From the NCBI GenBank assembly GCA_040264395.1, contig JBDQII010000002.1:1-42069 (forward strand): 42,069 nucleotides of DNA, written 5' to 3'. This DNA comes from Verrucomicrobiota bacterium. Its GTDB lineage: Bacteria > Verrucomicrobiota > Verrucomicrobiia > Limisphaerales > AAA164-E04. How positions within the stretch are numbered: the stretch's first letter is position 1; each line of letters begins with the position of its first letter. The translations under genes and the position numbers were made by a program. Shown here one piece after another: positions 1 to 10,071 of the stretch. The notes beneath the pieces were generated by a model. The model was not told the DNA's origin. It was given only the letters and a program-made list of their open reading frames with translations, and made no database searches.

Positions 1-231
1 AAGGAATACTTTGTCACCCCAGATGACCGGGCTGGACCAGCCCAGGCCGGGAATGTTCGATTTCCAGAGAATGTTTTCCGTCTTGCTCCACTTCGTGGGC
101 AGTCGGGGATCGTTATCAACAACTCCGTCTGCATTGGGTCCTCGAAATCTTGACCAGTTTTCTTGAGCATATAAATCTGAGCATAATACTAAGATGAATA
201 TCAGGGAAAGATGGGTGATTATAGCTTTCAT
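1..231 (-). CDS. PQQ-like/BamB-like beta-propeller repeat protein, N-terminal 77 codons only (runs off the left edge)
   Basis: Absent from the ORF track because it has no stop in the window. Reading the reverse complement from ATG at 231-229 gives MKAIITHLSLIFILVLCSDLYAQENWSRFRGPNADGVVDNDPRLPTKWSKTENILWKSNIPGLGWSSPVIWGDKVFL, open to base 1. It has a signal peptide, then the W-x-x-FRGPN ... GWSSPV-x-WGD-x-VF pattern typical of secreted PQQ-like propellers in PVC bacteria. Confidence 0.6.
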   Translation of the reverse strand, partial: MKAIITHLSLIFILVLCSDLYAQENWSRFRGPNADGVVDNDPRLPTKWSKTENILWKSNIPGLGWSSPVIWGDKVFL

Positions 232-319
232 AATGGGAGCAGATATTATCTACATAAACATGAAAATCAGTTGGTTGACAATCAAAGACTTGCGGGATGA
301 AACAGATTTAAGTTTTTGT

Positions 320-1822
320 CTATTGATTGGATGCAGGAAGAGAGGTGGCGCTCACGCTGGCACGCCAATCCATCAATGCCTGATGTAATTTGGATGTCAT
401 GGCGACTTCAGATTCGGCCAGATTGGTTGTTTCACCCGGGTCTTTGTGCAGTGAAAAAAGCTGGAGATAGCCGCTTTCCAGATGTTCGATTAGCTTCCAA
501 GAGCCAGATCGTATGGCACTTGCCGAGACACCTCCCAGAAAATGAGGCCGTTCCAATGGGTAGTGCCATGCAATAAAATCTCTGGAAATAAGCTGTTGCG
601 GGTTCTTCCAGGTATCGAGTATGGATATTCCGTCAAAAATCTCCCCTGAAGGTTTCCTGATGCTGGCGGCATCCAGTAGTGTCGGGTAAAAGTCGGTGTT
701 TTGTGTTGGCTGGTTGCACGTTACTCCAGCTGGAATCAATGCTGGCCAGCGTACCATCAAAGGCACTCTGATTCCTCCTTCGTAGAGTTCACTTTTTCCA
801 CCTCTGAGTGGTGTGTTTGAAGTCACATTGGTCTCGCCTCCATTGTCACTCGTGAAGATTAAAATCGTGTTCTTCGTCAGATCAAGCTCCTCAAGCTTCT
901 CCATCAGCATCCCCACGCCTTCATCAATCGATTCCAGCATCGCAGCCAGATGTGGGTTATGGTCCCCTGCCCAATGATGGTCTGGATCGCCTCTTCCCAG
1001 TCCCTTGTCTTCACATAAATAGCAGCGGTTGCGAGTGGATTTCCCAGGTGCATGCTTTGCCTTGTATTTTTCCACCAAATCCGGACGACCATTCAGTATC
1101 GTGTGGGGCGCGTAATGACTGAGCAGCAGGAAAAAGGGCTCGTTACGATGTTGCTGCACGAAATCAACCGCTTCAATATTCAGTCGATCGGTGAGGTATT
1201 CTTCCTTTCCAAGCCGGTTGTTGGGAATGTCAATCCAAGGTATGGGTTGATCGCGGAAGACGTAGGGCCAGAAATTTGCACCATTGCCAACACTTTTGAT
1301 TTCTCCTCCGAAGTCCCACTCAAATCCATGATCCTCTGGGCGTATTTCTCGTGCCGCGCCATGGTAGGCGTATCCGGTAAGATGCCATTTACCAATCATA
1401 CCAGTCGCATAGCCATGTTCATTCAATGATTCCGGGAGAGTCATGTATGAAGTGTCCAGTGCATTGACTGAATCCGGGCGTAAAAAATCGAGGATGCCAA
1501 TGCGTGCCGGGTGTTTGCCTGTAAGGAGTGCGGCGCGATATGGAGAGCAAACAGGCGCAGCCGCATAAGCATCGGTGAACCGCATTCCATCCTGAGAGAG
1601 GCGATTGAGGTTTGGCGTTTCATTGAATGAATTGCCATAACATTCCAGTTCCGACCAACCAAGGTCATCGGCAAGAATGAAAATGATATTTGGTGGTTGA
1701 TTCTCGGAAGCGACCATGGTCCCCAACGCAGATTCAATCAGGATATTCAGTAGACAGATTTCAACCAGAAGAAGGCATATTCTGGTTGTGACTTCATGAC
1801 GGTTGATTAAAGTTTTATTCAT
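320..1822 (-). CDS. Sulfatase (Cys-type formylglycine sulfatase, arylsulfatase-like)
   Basis: 500 aa ORF with ATG at 1822-1820. Shows NIIFILADDLGW metal-binding start, CSPYRAALLTGK (C-x-P-x-R FGly motif, Cys92), GKWHLTG and TSDNGG. N-terminus is hydrophobic. Confidence 0.93.
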   Translation of the reverse strand: MNKTLINRHEVTTRICLLLVEICLLNILIESALGTMVASENQPPNIIFILADDLGWSELECYGNSFNETPNLNRLSQDGMRFTDAYAAAPVCSPYRAALLTGKHPARIGILDFLRPDSVNALDTSYMTLPESLNEHGYATGMIGKWHLTGYAYHGAAREIRPEDHGFEWDFGGEIKSVGNGANFWPYVFRDQPIPWIDIPNNRLGKEEYLTDRLNIEAVDFVQQHRNEPFFLLLSHYAPHTILNGRPDLVEKYKAKHAPGKSTRNRCYLCEDKGLGRGDPDHHWAGDHNPHLAAMLESIDEGVGMLMEKLEELDLTKNTILIFTSDNGGETNVTSNTPLRGGKSELYEGGIRVPLMVRWPALIPAGVTCNQPTQNTDFYPTLLDAASIRKPSGEIFDGISILDTWKNPQQLISRDFIAWHYPLERPHFLGGVSASAIRSGSWKLIEHLESGYLQLFSLHKDPGETTNLAESEVAMTSKLHQALMDWRASVSATSLPASNQ

Positions 1823-2711
1823 GGTGACACCCTTGACTGATCGGCATTCCTGTTATGAACTTTATCTCAAGATTTCAAAGTTAATATTGATCGGGAATCT
1901 TTTTTCTTGCGGTGATGTGCTTCTTGGACAGACAGCTGAAACCGGCGAAACCCCAATTCATGTTCATTCGCTGAAATCACCTCATCAAGCACATGAGACA
2001 TCACTACGGATTTTGCTGCCTGATGATTTTGATCCATCAAAACGTTACCCAACGCTGTTTGTCCTTCCTGTACACGAAGACGGAATTTTCAAGCATGGCG
2101 ACGGCCTCATGGAGTTGCATGCATTGAATGCTCACAACCAGTATGAAATCATATGTGCGTCCCCGTCGTTCACTTCGAAACCCTGGTATATCGATCACGA
2201 TGAAAACCCTGAGAAGCAGGATGAAAGTCACCTGATGAGAACGGTGATTCCATTTATTGAAGCTCATTACCCAGTCCGGGTAGACCGAGAAGGACGGTAT
2301 TTGATTGGTTTCAGTAAATCGGGTAGGGGGGCGGTGAGCCTGCTGTTGCGTCATCCAAAGATGTTCCACAAGGTTGCTGCCTGGGATCCTGGGATTCGCA
2401 TAGACATGGGGCCTTACGGAGAAGGTTACGATCTGGAATCGCGTCTGCATGAGCGTTTTGGAAGTGCCGCAAATTTTCAAGCCTACCAACTTTCCAATCT
2501 ATTAAAAACCCGTGGGAAAGATCTTGGGAACAAAGCTCGCTTGTTTTATTTCAATTGCGATGGTGTCGTAAGAACTTCTGGGGGAGTGCAACTTCATGCG
2601 CTGATGGTTCAAGAAGGTGTTCCTCACCGCTACGTCATGGAACCACTGCGGGAACACCGATGGGACAGCGGGTGGATACCCGAGGCGATTTCATTCTTAC
2701 TTGATCATTGA
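1821..2711 (+). CDS. Putative esterase, alpha/beta hydrolase fold (esterase-D-like family)
   Basis: ORF 1803-2711; 1803 is TTG and the first ATG is 1821. Shows RYPTLFVLPVHEDG and a nucleophile-elbow-like IGFSKSGRGA, then a WDPG region. Start is uncertain: in-frame TTG at 1887 and GTG at 1917 are alternatives, because 1821 overlaps the divergent sulfatase start. Confidence 0.72.
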   Translation: MVTPLTDRHSCYELYLKISKLILIGNLFSCGDVLLGQTAETGETPIHVHSLKSPHQAHETSLRILLPDDFDPSKRYPTLFVLPVHEDGIFKHGDGLMELHALNAHNQYEIICASPSFTSKPWYIDHDENPEKQDESHLMRTVIPFIEAHYPVRVDREGRYLIGFSKSGRGAVSLLLRHPKMFHKVAAWDPGIRIDMGPYGEGYDLESRLHERFGSAANFQAYQLSNLLKTRGKDLGNKARLFYFNCDGVVRTSGGVQLHALMVQEGVPHRYVMEPLREHRWDSGWIPEAISFLLDH

Positions 2712-2792
2712 AAAAGCGATATCGTTCCATTCGAAGAAGTCAGACGCGACTTCAAGGAAGGAGATACTGATTTGCCAATGAATTTTTTCAGG

Positions 2793-4385
2793 CTAAATCC
2801 CGAACAGAGGATCGTAATCCGGGTTGAGTTGATTCATTTGTGCGTCCACTTCTTTTCGCCAAGCGCGTAGTTTCGCCCTTAGCTCAGCGACTTTTTCTGG
2901 CATGCTCTCGGCAAGATTCTGCTGCTCCCCGATGTCTTTGCGTAAATTAAAAAGTTGCACATTATAATTTTCGAAGTACTCGATCAGTTTGAAATCACCG
3001 CTTCGAATCGCACCCGCTGGAGGCTGCATGCCGTGGTTGCTGTAGTGGGGGAAATGCCAGTAAATGGCATCGCGATGCAATGATTGCTGACCTTTAAAGA
3101 GGGGGGCAATACTGACGCCATCCTGATGCTGTTCCGGTGCCAAAGGCAATCCTGCCATCTCCAAAATGGATGGATAAAAGTCGGTACTGATGATCGGTTC
3201 CTCAGACACCATTCCCTTGTTGCCTGCTTCTGGCCATTTGACGATACAGGGTACGCGCACTCCTCCCTCATAAAGCCAGCCTTTGGCACCGCGCAATGGT
3301 AAGACCGAAGTGGAAAAAGCGATGTCGAGTTGATCCTCAGAAACTTTTCGTTTCGGATTCCCAACGTTCATGCCCGCCATGCCTCCGTTATCTGCCGAGA
3401 AAATAACAATCGTGTTGTCTTCAAGCCCCCAGTTCTTAAGCGCATTTAGAATACGACCAAAGCTCTGATCAACCGCTTCGACCATGCCTGCAAATTGAGT
3501 GTTATCCTGATATTGTTTTATTTTGACGGTGCTTTGAGGCAATACCCCGTAGCCACTCCAGCCCTCTTGATCGATTAATGCGTCCAGATGATCACGACTG
3601 AGAGGTTCATGTGCATCCGGATTTCCCTCGAGAACATATGGTCGATTACCTTGAACAGGGTTTTCTTTTAATTTTGTCTCATATTTCTCAACCAAATCAG
3701 GGCGGCCGTGGATGGGGTCATGAACGGCGAAGTGGGCCATGTAGAGGAAGAATGGTTGGTCCTTATTGTTTTCAATAAAACCCAAGGCTTCATCCGTCAG
3801 TCGATCTGTCAGATATTCACCATCGGGTGCGTCCTCAAGTCCTTCCAACCCATACGGAGCGTAAAAAGTTCGGTTGGGCGCTCCACCGTTCCAATGACGA
3901 GGAACATGCCAATCGAAACCGTGTTTGTCCGGAGTGGAGGGCGCTTTTCCCAAGTGCCATTTCCCAACGGCCCCGGTCGCATAGCCATGGCTGCGCAACG
4001 TTTCAGCGAGGGTAACTTCTTCAAATGGCAGGAATTGTCCGGTCTTTACATTGAGGTATTGCTGGAAAGGAAAATCTCTCCTTCCACGAATCCAATCCGT
4101 CATGTTGTTACGGGCCGGGTATTTTCCTGTCAGGATGCTGGAGCGAGTTGGCGAACAAACATGGCAGGCTGCGTAGGCATTATTGAACTTCACACCATCC
4201 ATGGCAAAGCTGTCTATGTTTGGGGTTTCATAAAAGTCGCTGCCATAACACCCCAGATCGGTCCAACCCAGGTCATCGACCAGAAAAAAAATGATGTTGG
4301 GGCGAGAGTCTGGGTTTTCCTGACTTTGGATGAGACAGGTAGTCAGTGCGATGAAGGCCAGATAAGTGCGGATGCGTGTTTTCAT
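2793..4385 (-). CDS. Sulfatase (Cys-type)
   Basis: 530 aa. Clear signal peptide MKTRIRTYLAFIALTTCLIQSQ, then NIIFFLVDDLGW, CSPTRSSILTGK, GKWHLG and SADNGG. Confidence 0.95.
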   Translation of the reverse strand: MKTRIRTYLAFIALTTCLIQSQENPDSRPNIIFFLVDDLGWTDLGCYGSDFYETPNIDSFAMDGVKFNNAYAACHVCSPTRSSILTGKYPARNNMTDWIRGRRDFPFQQYLNVKTGQFLPFEEVTLAETLRSHGYATGAVGKWHLGKAPSTPDKHGFDWHVPRHWNGGAPNRTFYAPYGLEGLEDAPDGEYLTDRLTDEALGFIENNKDQPFFLYMAHFAVHDPIHGRPDLVEKYETKLKENPVQGNRPYVLEGNPDAHEPLSRDHLDALIDQEGWSGYGVLPQSTVKIKQYQDNTQFAGMVEAVDQSFGRILNALKNWGLEDNTIVIFSADNGGMAGMNVGNPKRKVSEDQLDIAFSTSVLPLRGAKGWLYEGGVRVPCIVKWPEAGNKGMVSEEPIISTDFYPSILEMAGLPLAPEQHQDGVSIAPLFKGQQSLHRDAIYWHFPHYSNHGMQPPAGAIRSGDFKLIEYFENYNVQLFNLRKDIGEQQNLAESMPEKVAELRAKLRAWRKEVDAQMNQLNPDYDPLFGI

Positions 4386-4804
4386 AGCATATTTTCTCTT
4401 ACTTTTTGGTTACATACACACAATAGGCACTGAGTGTTGTTTGTGGACCACCAAATCAGATCTGTAGTGCAATGAGTTCTTTTGAACTGTATCGTGATGA
4501 TGTCTCAGTTAACTGCTGAGCTGATTGTTGTTCAAGGCGCAGCTTCCCTATTGGAAGGTTCGTTAGTGGGGCTGTCAATCCTTCGAAGCCAGTGCCTGAG
4601 ACCAAAGTCTTTTTCACTGTCTTAGGCCACCTCAAGCACTCAGTATCCGCTCTTCTCCTGTCCTGCTCGAATCTCATCTTGCTGATCTGTATGGAGTTTC
4701 ATGTTCACTAACAATGATGACGTTGGGTCTGGTCATCATGGATGTCAGGGTCAGCAAAAAACCGAGGATTGTTTTGAAGGTGATCATAAAAACGCGAGAT
4801 TTTT

Positions 4805-6304
4805 TCAGTCCTTCTTTTCAGTGACTTTCCAGCCGGGCGTTGAGATGCGCCCGTAATATGGATAGTGATCCCACTCTACCTTTCCACCCACAACTCGTGG
4901 ATCATGTGTTTTCTTCAAATGGTCAAATAATTGGCGTCGTCTGGCATGTTGTATCGAGGAATACTCGATCAACCCTGCCACATTTGCCAATTGATCTGGA
5001 TCCTTTTTCAAATCGTATAGTTCTTCTGCAGGTCGCATGCCGAAACTGAGTTCTGCCAAATGCGCGATACCGTGTTCCATGCGACTCTCCATCATGAATG
5101 ATTTGGTTGGCGACGTGTCTATCTCACCAAAAGGAATCGAACGGGCGCACACACGGGGGTCGGGTGATCCGGAAGGCCATCGGCCTGGCTCGAAATTATA
5201 GATATAAAGGTAATCCTGAGTTCTGACAGCCCTGCAGGGATACCCCTTACCACCCTCGCGGCATCCGTCATGTCGCTCCATGGCAATATAGGCGGCATCG
5301 CGATCATTCATTTTTTGACCGGAAAATATCTTCATCAAGCTGCTGGCTGTCATCATACTGGGAACATCTGCTCCTGCTGCCTCTATAAATGTCGGTGCGA
5401 GATCACTCAAATGAACAAAATCCTTCACATCACGGCCCGGATTGCGAATACCTCTCGGCCATCTGATAGCCAGAGGAACCCTTGATCCCCAGTCATAAAG
5501 ACTGGCTTTGGCGCGAGGGAAGGGCATGCCATGATCGCTTGTAACGACCACAATCGTGTTGTCAAGATGTCCTCGTTTTTCCAGAGAGGCGATGGCCCTC
5601 TGTACCATCAAATCAAAGTGCTCAACCTCAACGTAGTAATCCAGGATGTCGTTTCTCACGATGGCATTGTCAGGGAAAATGGAAGGGACAATAACCTTGG
5701 CCGGATCTTTTCCAGTTCGTTTTCCAGCTCCGTTCTCATAGGCACGATGTGGTTCACTTGTGCCCAGCCAAAAGCAGAAAGGTGTTTCCTTTTCCACTGC
5801 CTCAAGGAAATCATCAAAGTTACCTGCATAGTCAGTATTTCGGATGGCCTTGAAGGGCGGTTGCAAGTTTCGTTTGGCGTATGGTGTTCCTGCTGGATTT
5901 TCACTGCGACCACCGGGGGCTAATTTGCCCGGACTCCACCCTTTGCCGGTATATCCCGTTTTGTAGCCTGCTTTCTGCAACTCTCCTGTATAGGTCGCGA
6001 ATTTGGCCGGGAGAGTGCTGTGGATGTTGCCTGCTTCCTCCAGTCGCCAAATGGGTTGCCCGGTCAGGATGGCACTGCGTGAGGGCCCGCATGTTGGAGC
6101 ATCACAAAAGGAATGAACAAAGCGAAGGCCTTCCCTGGCCACTCGGTCAAAGGCAGGCGTTCGAACCACTGGATCCCCATTGGCACCAGTATGCGCCCAT
6201 GATTGATCATCCGAAATGCAAATCAATATGTTAGGGCGTTCGTCGGCGCGCACAATGTGACAACAAAGCAACCCAATGCAGGCAATGGTCCAAAGCTTCA
6301 TCAT
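4805..6304 (-). CDS. Sulfatase (Cys-type)
   Basis: 499 aa. Signal peptide MMKLWTIACIGLLCCHIVRA, then NILICISDDQSW, CGPSRSAILTGQ and TSDHGMPFPRAK. Its ATG (6304-6302) overlaps the TGA (6303-6301) of the upstream gene as ATGA. Confidence 0.93.
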   Translation of the reverse strand: MMKLWTIACIGLLCCHIVRADERPNILICISDDQSWAHTGANGDPVVRTPAFDRVAREGLRFVHSFCDAPTCGPSRSAILTGQPIWRLEEAGNIHSTLPAKFATYTGELQKAGYKTGYTGKGWSPGKLAPGGRSENPAGTPYAKRNLQPPFKAIRNTDYAGNFDDFLEAVEKETPFCFWLGTSEPHRAYENGAGKRTGKDPAKVIVPSIFPDNAIVRNDILDYYVEVEHFDLMVQRAIASLEKRGHLDNTIVVVTSDHGMPFPRAKASLYDWGSRVPLAIRWPRGIRNPGRDVKDFVHLSDLAPTFIEAAGADVPSMMTASSLMKIFSGQKMNDRDAAYIAMERHDGCREGGKGYPCRAVRTQDYLYIYNFEPGRWPSGSPDPRVCARSIPFGEIDTSPTKSFMMESRMEHGIAHLAELSFGMRPAEELYDLKKDPDQLANVAGLIEYSSIQHARRRQLFDHLKKTHDPRVVGGKVEWDHYPYYGRISTPGWKVTEKKD

Positions 6305-9300
6305 TCAATAGGATGCTTTGTTTTAAGATAACCGATGAGGTCACGTGTCTGTTGGTCGGAGAGCGCATCAAGCATGCCTTCGGGCATCATGGACAATGGG
6401 GAAGTTTCTCTGGAAAGGATCTCCGCTTTGGGAATGACAAGATCCTGACCTACTATTCGAAGTGTGATGCGTTGATTGTCTTCACGGTAAATATTGCCTG
6501 CGTATGTGCGTCCATCCCGTGTATTGATGGTAACCAGCTTGTAGGAATCAGCGACCTCCATATTCGGATCGATCATGTTGGTGAGGATATATTCCAGATC
6601 AGCCCGGTTCGAGCCGGTGAGTTCAGGGCCGATTTCTCCTCCCTCTCCATAAAGCTTGTGGCAGCTTGCGCAGACAGCGGTGAACAGAGCCTTCCCCTTT
6701 GTCAGGTCCGCTCCTGCCATGTATGCGTCGGTGAGCAGGAATTTGTAACGATCCATCGCCACTTGTTTGTCCTTGGTCATGGATTCCATGGAACCCCACC
6801 AGTCGATGAATGAAGGTCCGAGGACGCGTCTTAATTGGCGGGCAATCACACTCGATATATCGCTGCGGGGAATCTTTTCTTTTTTTAATGTGGCCAGCAG
6901 ATAGCTGCCTGTATCACGTCGAGTCGCGAGCGTTTGCAAAGCCGCAGATTTTTCCTCATCCGTATATTCAGAATAGTTGTCTACAATTTTTTTGGCGATC
7001 GCCCCGTTCCTGTAAACGGCAAGAGACCTCAAGGCGGTCAAGCGCAGACTCTTGTTGTCCAGCGCGGCAAAAATCGCATCAAATGCCGGAGGGAAACTTT
7101 CCTGGCCGAAGATCTTCAATATTTCTATCCTCCGCTCATTGGGGGTAGAAGGATTGACCAATTCAGCCAGTTGAGTGGCTCCTGCCTCAGCATTACCAAA
7201 CAATTGGCCCACTTGCAGGCCCAGCCTTTTCAGTGCTTCATCTTTCAGTAATTCTGATTCGATATCCCTCCAGCCGCTTGGAGGTGTCAGGTCATGCTGT
7301 CCAAGCAGACTGTCCCGCATTCCTTCCAGATACTGCCTGCGAACTTCAGATGATCTGGTCAGCGCCATCGCGCTGACGACTTCGTTCAGCAGTTGCCCGG
7401 CAGTTGCTCTTCGGACAATGAAGCGTGTTAACATGGGGATCTTGCTTTCACTTGCGAGCTGTAATGCGCGGCTTGGATCCTTTGTGACATGCGGTTCTAT
7501 TCCGAACCAAATCATTTTGGGTATGTTGTGGTCCTCTGCATCCTCGCCCCTGGTCAATAAACCAGCGGCGATCTTCCAGCTGCTTGCTTCAGGAACGCGC
7601 TGCAGTGCTGAAGCAAGGTACAGGCGAACGATGGGTGAAGAATCTTTCCTTGCCATGGAGACGAATTTTTCAAGGGCTGTATCCCCCGGATGCATGTCTT
7701 CACAAAGTAACTGGATGGCCCATGCTCGAATATATTCGTGTTCGCTTTCCAGCAGGTCGATCAGGTTTTCATGCGTGACCCCGTCAGTTACATGCAAGGC
7801 CCACAAGGCTCTTAATTTTCGGCCCGGATCCGACTGGTTTTCAAGGTGTTTTCTAAGCTGTAAGTGAGTTTCCTCGTTGACAGCTCCCTTGCTGGCCCGC
7901 TCATGCAGGATCCCCCGAGCCCTCCGCACATACCAGTCATTCTTGTGGAACTGTAAATTGACCAATTCCTGGTTGTTTAAATCCTTTAAATTGAAATGAG
8001 TGGGGTAGGGCGTCTCTGGTGGAGCGAGACGGAAAACACGACCCGTGTCCTTGTCGTGTACTTTATTCCCACAAATATCTCCATCATGCCAATCGAGCAT
8101 GTAGACGGCACCATCCGGTCCAATTTCCAAACTAAAACCGATCCATTGAGGATCATTTGCCAGCACTGTATCTTCGTAATGTTTTGCAATAAAACCGGAG
8201 CCATTGTGCACCAGACTGTCCGCCAGGAGAGCATGCTCGTGAATATTGGCCATGAAAAATTTGTTGTGATACTTCTCCGGAAGCAGGTCCGCTAAATAGA
8301 TGCGGGCTCCTCCATGGGCTGAGCGGTGTCGATGATCCACAATTGTCTGTATATCAGAATACACATGAGGATGAATATGTACTCCACCCTGCCGATGAAA
8401 AAAACCGCCCTGCACCACATGGAAGGCATGAGGGATCACACAGGCTGAAATGAATGCCTGCCCGTTGTCATCAAAATCCAAACCCCATGGGTTACTGAAA
8501 CCATGCGCTACGATTTCGAAGCGGTCTTTGATTGGGTGATAACGAAAGACACCTCCATCGATGAATTGACCATCGACAACCTCTTGGCTGGTTGGAAATG
8601 GATCCCCCTTTTTAAATACTCGCCCGCCATCGACAGGCTTGCCTACGGTGGATGGTGTGGCAAACCCCTGACAGCCGTAAAGCCATCCATCCGGGCCCCA
8701 GATAAAACTGTTTAAAACTTCATGGCGATCTCGAATGCCCCAGCCAGTCAATCGAATCTCAATTTCTTCATCGGCCTGATCATTCCCATCACGATCAGGA
8801 ACAAACATCAGATTTGGTGGTGCTCCCAGCCAGAGCCCCTCAAAACCAACCGCAATGGCGGAAGGAAAGGGAACCCCTTCAAGAAAAACTTTTTTCGTGT
8901 CCATTTTGCCGTCACCATCAATATCTTCAAGAATCAGGATGCGGCTCTTGCCGTCATTCGAGAAGCCCGAGCGTCTTGTTTCATAGTCCCGGTTTTCAGC
9001 GATCCACAGCCTTCCCCGATCATCATAGCAAAATGCCATTGGTTGCGTGATCTGTGGTTCAGAAGTCACCAGGCTGACTTCGAGACCCTCTGCTGTTGTC
9101 ATCTTTTCAATCGCTTGCTCACCGGTCAGGAATTTGGCTTCCTTTGCCTCTGCTCGGGCCTGCAACCATGCCGCAAAATCGTAATTTTGTCCGGAGTAAG
9201 CTTTCCATTGCTCATTGAGTCGAACGTCGTTCATTTGCCCGGTATACACAACGAACTGATGCTTGTATGTTTTGCTCTCGCCGGCCGGTATGGTCCAATC

Positions 9301-10071
9301 CCCGAGAATCGCTTCGGATGGGCCGGCCCCCAATTGTCCGTCGACACGCCAGGGGGTGGGGTAGGCGTCATTCGATGGGTGGTCAAAGATGGCAATATGA
9401 CCCCAGTCTTCGGGAGCGCGCCCATCGATTTGCATTCCAATATTCACCCAGGAAGATCGTTTCTGTTCCGCTCTTTGATTTTTCTGTCGTGCGCTGTTTT
9501 CGACTTCACCTTCCTTGCCCTTTTGCCACGGCATACGCACAAAGAGACCTCCATATTTGTATTCTGAGATGGTCACTTCCGTGTGTGCCGTGCCTGTCCA
9601 GACAAGGTCAACCAGATACTCATTACCGGTATCCCTCATCGACCAGACTTGAGATTCCTCCATCATGGATTCACCTTCTTCATCCAGTAGATGGTAAATT
9701 GTTTCCCACTGCACTACCTCGCCTTCACCTGCCAGTATTTCTGCTTTTTGCAGTTGCCAATAGCCATTGGACGGGTTGTGGAAAAAATCACGCCCGTTGA
9801 CGCGGGTAAATCCCCAGTAGACGCCTGTTTGATGCTTATGATGTCCTGGGCTGTATTGAGTCAAAACACCATTGCCGTCGGGTGCCACAATCGGATGCAG
9901 ATAAGGCCGATGATCCGAACGAGCGTTCTGGACCAGGAGGGACTTTTGGCTGTTCAAGCGCTTTACGGAAATGGTCTGGGCCTCAGGATCTTGTATCAGC
10001 CTCAAGGAGGCTGCATGACAGGAGACGACCAAGGAAACTTGTAGTAAAAAATAAAGAGTACGCTGATACAT
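6301..10071 (-). CDS. Fusion protein: DUF6807 (PmoA-like) N-domain + PVC-type membrane-bound-dehydrogenase-like beta-propeller + HEAT repeats + C-terminal class I cytochrome c
   Basis: The track ORF extends to GTG at 10083. The ATG at 10071 gives the signal peptide MYQRTLYFLLQVSLVVSCHAAS. RPYLHPIVAPDGNGVLTQYSPGHHKHQTGVYWGFTRVNGRDFF matches the DUF6807 pattern. PMAFCYDDRGRLWIAENRDY ... DIDGDGKMD is the dehydrogenase/propeller part, followed by a HEAT-like helical region. The C-terminus has CASCH plus the distal SMMPEG Met ligand. Confidence 0.85.
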   Translation of the reverse strand: MYQRTLYFLLQVSLVVSCHAASLRLIQDPEAQTISVKRLNSQKSLLVQNARSDHRPYLHPIVAPDGNGVLTQYSPGHHKHQTGVYWGFTRVNGRDFFHNPSNGYWQLQKAEILAGEGEVVQWETIYHLLDEEGESMMEESQVWSMRDTGNEYLVDLVWTGTAHTEVTISEYKYGGLFVRMPWQKGKEGEVENSARQKNQRAEQKRSSWVNIGMQIDGRAPEDWGHIAIFDHPSNDAYPTPWRVDGQLGAGPSEAILGDWTIPAGESKTYKHQFVVYTGQMNDVRLNEQWKAYSGQNYDFAAWLQARAEAKEAKFLTGEQAIEKMTTAEGLEVSLVTSEPQITQPMAFCYDDRGRLWIAENRDYETRRSGFSNDGKSRILILEDIDGDGKMDTKKVFLEGVPFPSAIAVGFEGLWLGAPPNLMFVPDRDGNDQADEEIEIRLTGWGIRDRHEVLNSFIWGPDGWLYGCQGFATPSTVGKPVDGGRVFKKGDPFPTSQEVVDGQFIDGGVFRYHPIKDRFEIVAHGFSNPWGLDFDDNGQAFISACVIPHAFHVVQGGFFHRQGGVHIHPHVYSDIQTIVDHRHRSAHGGARIYLADLLPEKYHNKFFMANIHEHALLADSLVHNGSGFIAKHYEDTVLANDPQWIGFSLEIGPDGAVYMLDWHDGDICGNKVHDKDTGRVFRLAPPETPYPTHFNLKDLNNQELVNLQFHKNDWYVRRARGILHERASKGAVNEETHLQLRKHLENQSDPGRKLRALWALHVTDGVTHENLIDLLESEHEYIRAWAIQLLCEDMHPGDTALEKFVSMARKDSSPIVRLYLASALQRVPEASSWKIAAGLLTRGEDAEDHNIPKMIWFGIEPHVTKDPSRALQLASESKIPMLTRFIVRRATAGQLLNEVVSAMALTRSSEVRRQYLEGMRDSLLGQHDLTPPSGWRDIESELLKDEALKRLGLQVGQLFGNAEAGATQLAELVNPSTPNERRIEILKIFGQESFPPAFDAIFAALDNKSLRLTALRSLAVYRNGAIAKKIVDNYSEYTDEEKSAALQTLATRRDTGSYLLATLKKEKIPRSDISSVIARQLRRVLGPSFIDWWGSMESMTKDKQVAMDRYKFLLTDAYMAGADLTKGKALFTAVCASCHKLYGEGGEIGPELTGSNRADLEYILTNMIDPNMEVADSYKLVTINTRDGRTYAGNIYREDNQRITLRIVGQDLVIPKAEILSRETSPLSMMPEGMLDALSDQQTRDLIGYLKTKHPIE
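6658..6672 (-). other. CxxCH heme c attachment motif (CASCH) inside the 6301-10071 CDS
   Basis: The reverse complement of 6658-6672 reads tgc gca agc tgc cac = C-A-S-C-H, 123 codons before the stop. Confidence 0.85.

Noticed and set aside
2736-2753. 6-bp hairpin GAAGTC/GACTTC between the convergent esterase and sulfatase genes; similar weak hairpins at 4714-4739 and 33085-33110
   Set aside because: The stems are short with no flanking T/A runs, which is too weak to call bidirectional terminators.
3708-4433. 241-aa plus-strand ORF, and similar long ORFs at 7175-7867, 8722-9567, 9267-9800, 14211-14687, 26687-27145 and 33415-34011
   Set aside because: All lie antisense to, or out of frame within, genes with strong family motifs (sulfatases, cytochrome fusion, CotH protein, SASA esterase). 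Their translations are Arg/Ser/Cys-rich with no recognisable motifs, so they are shadow ORFs.
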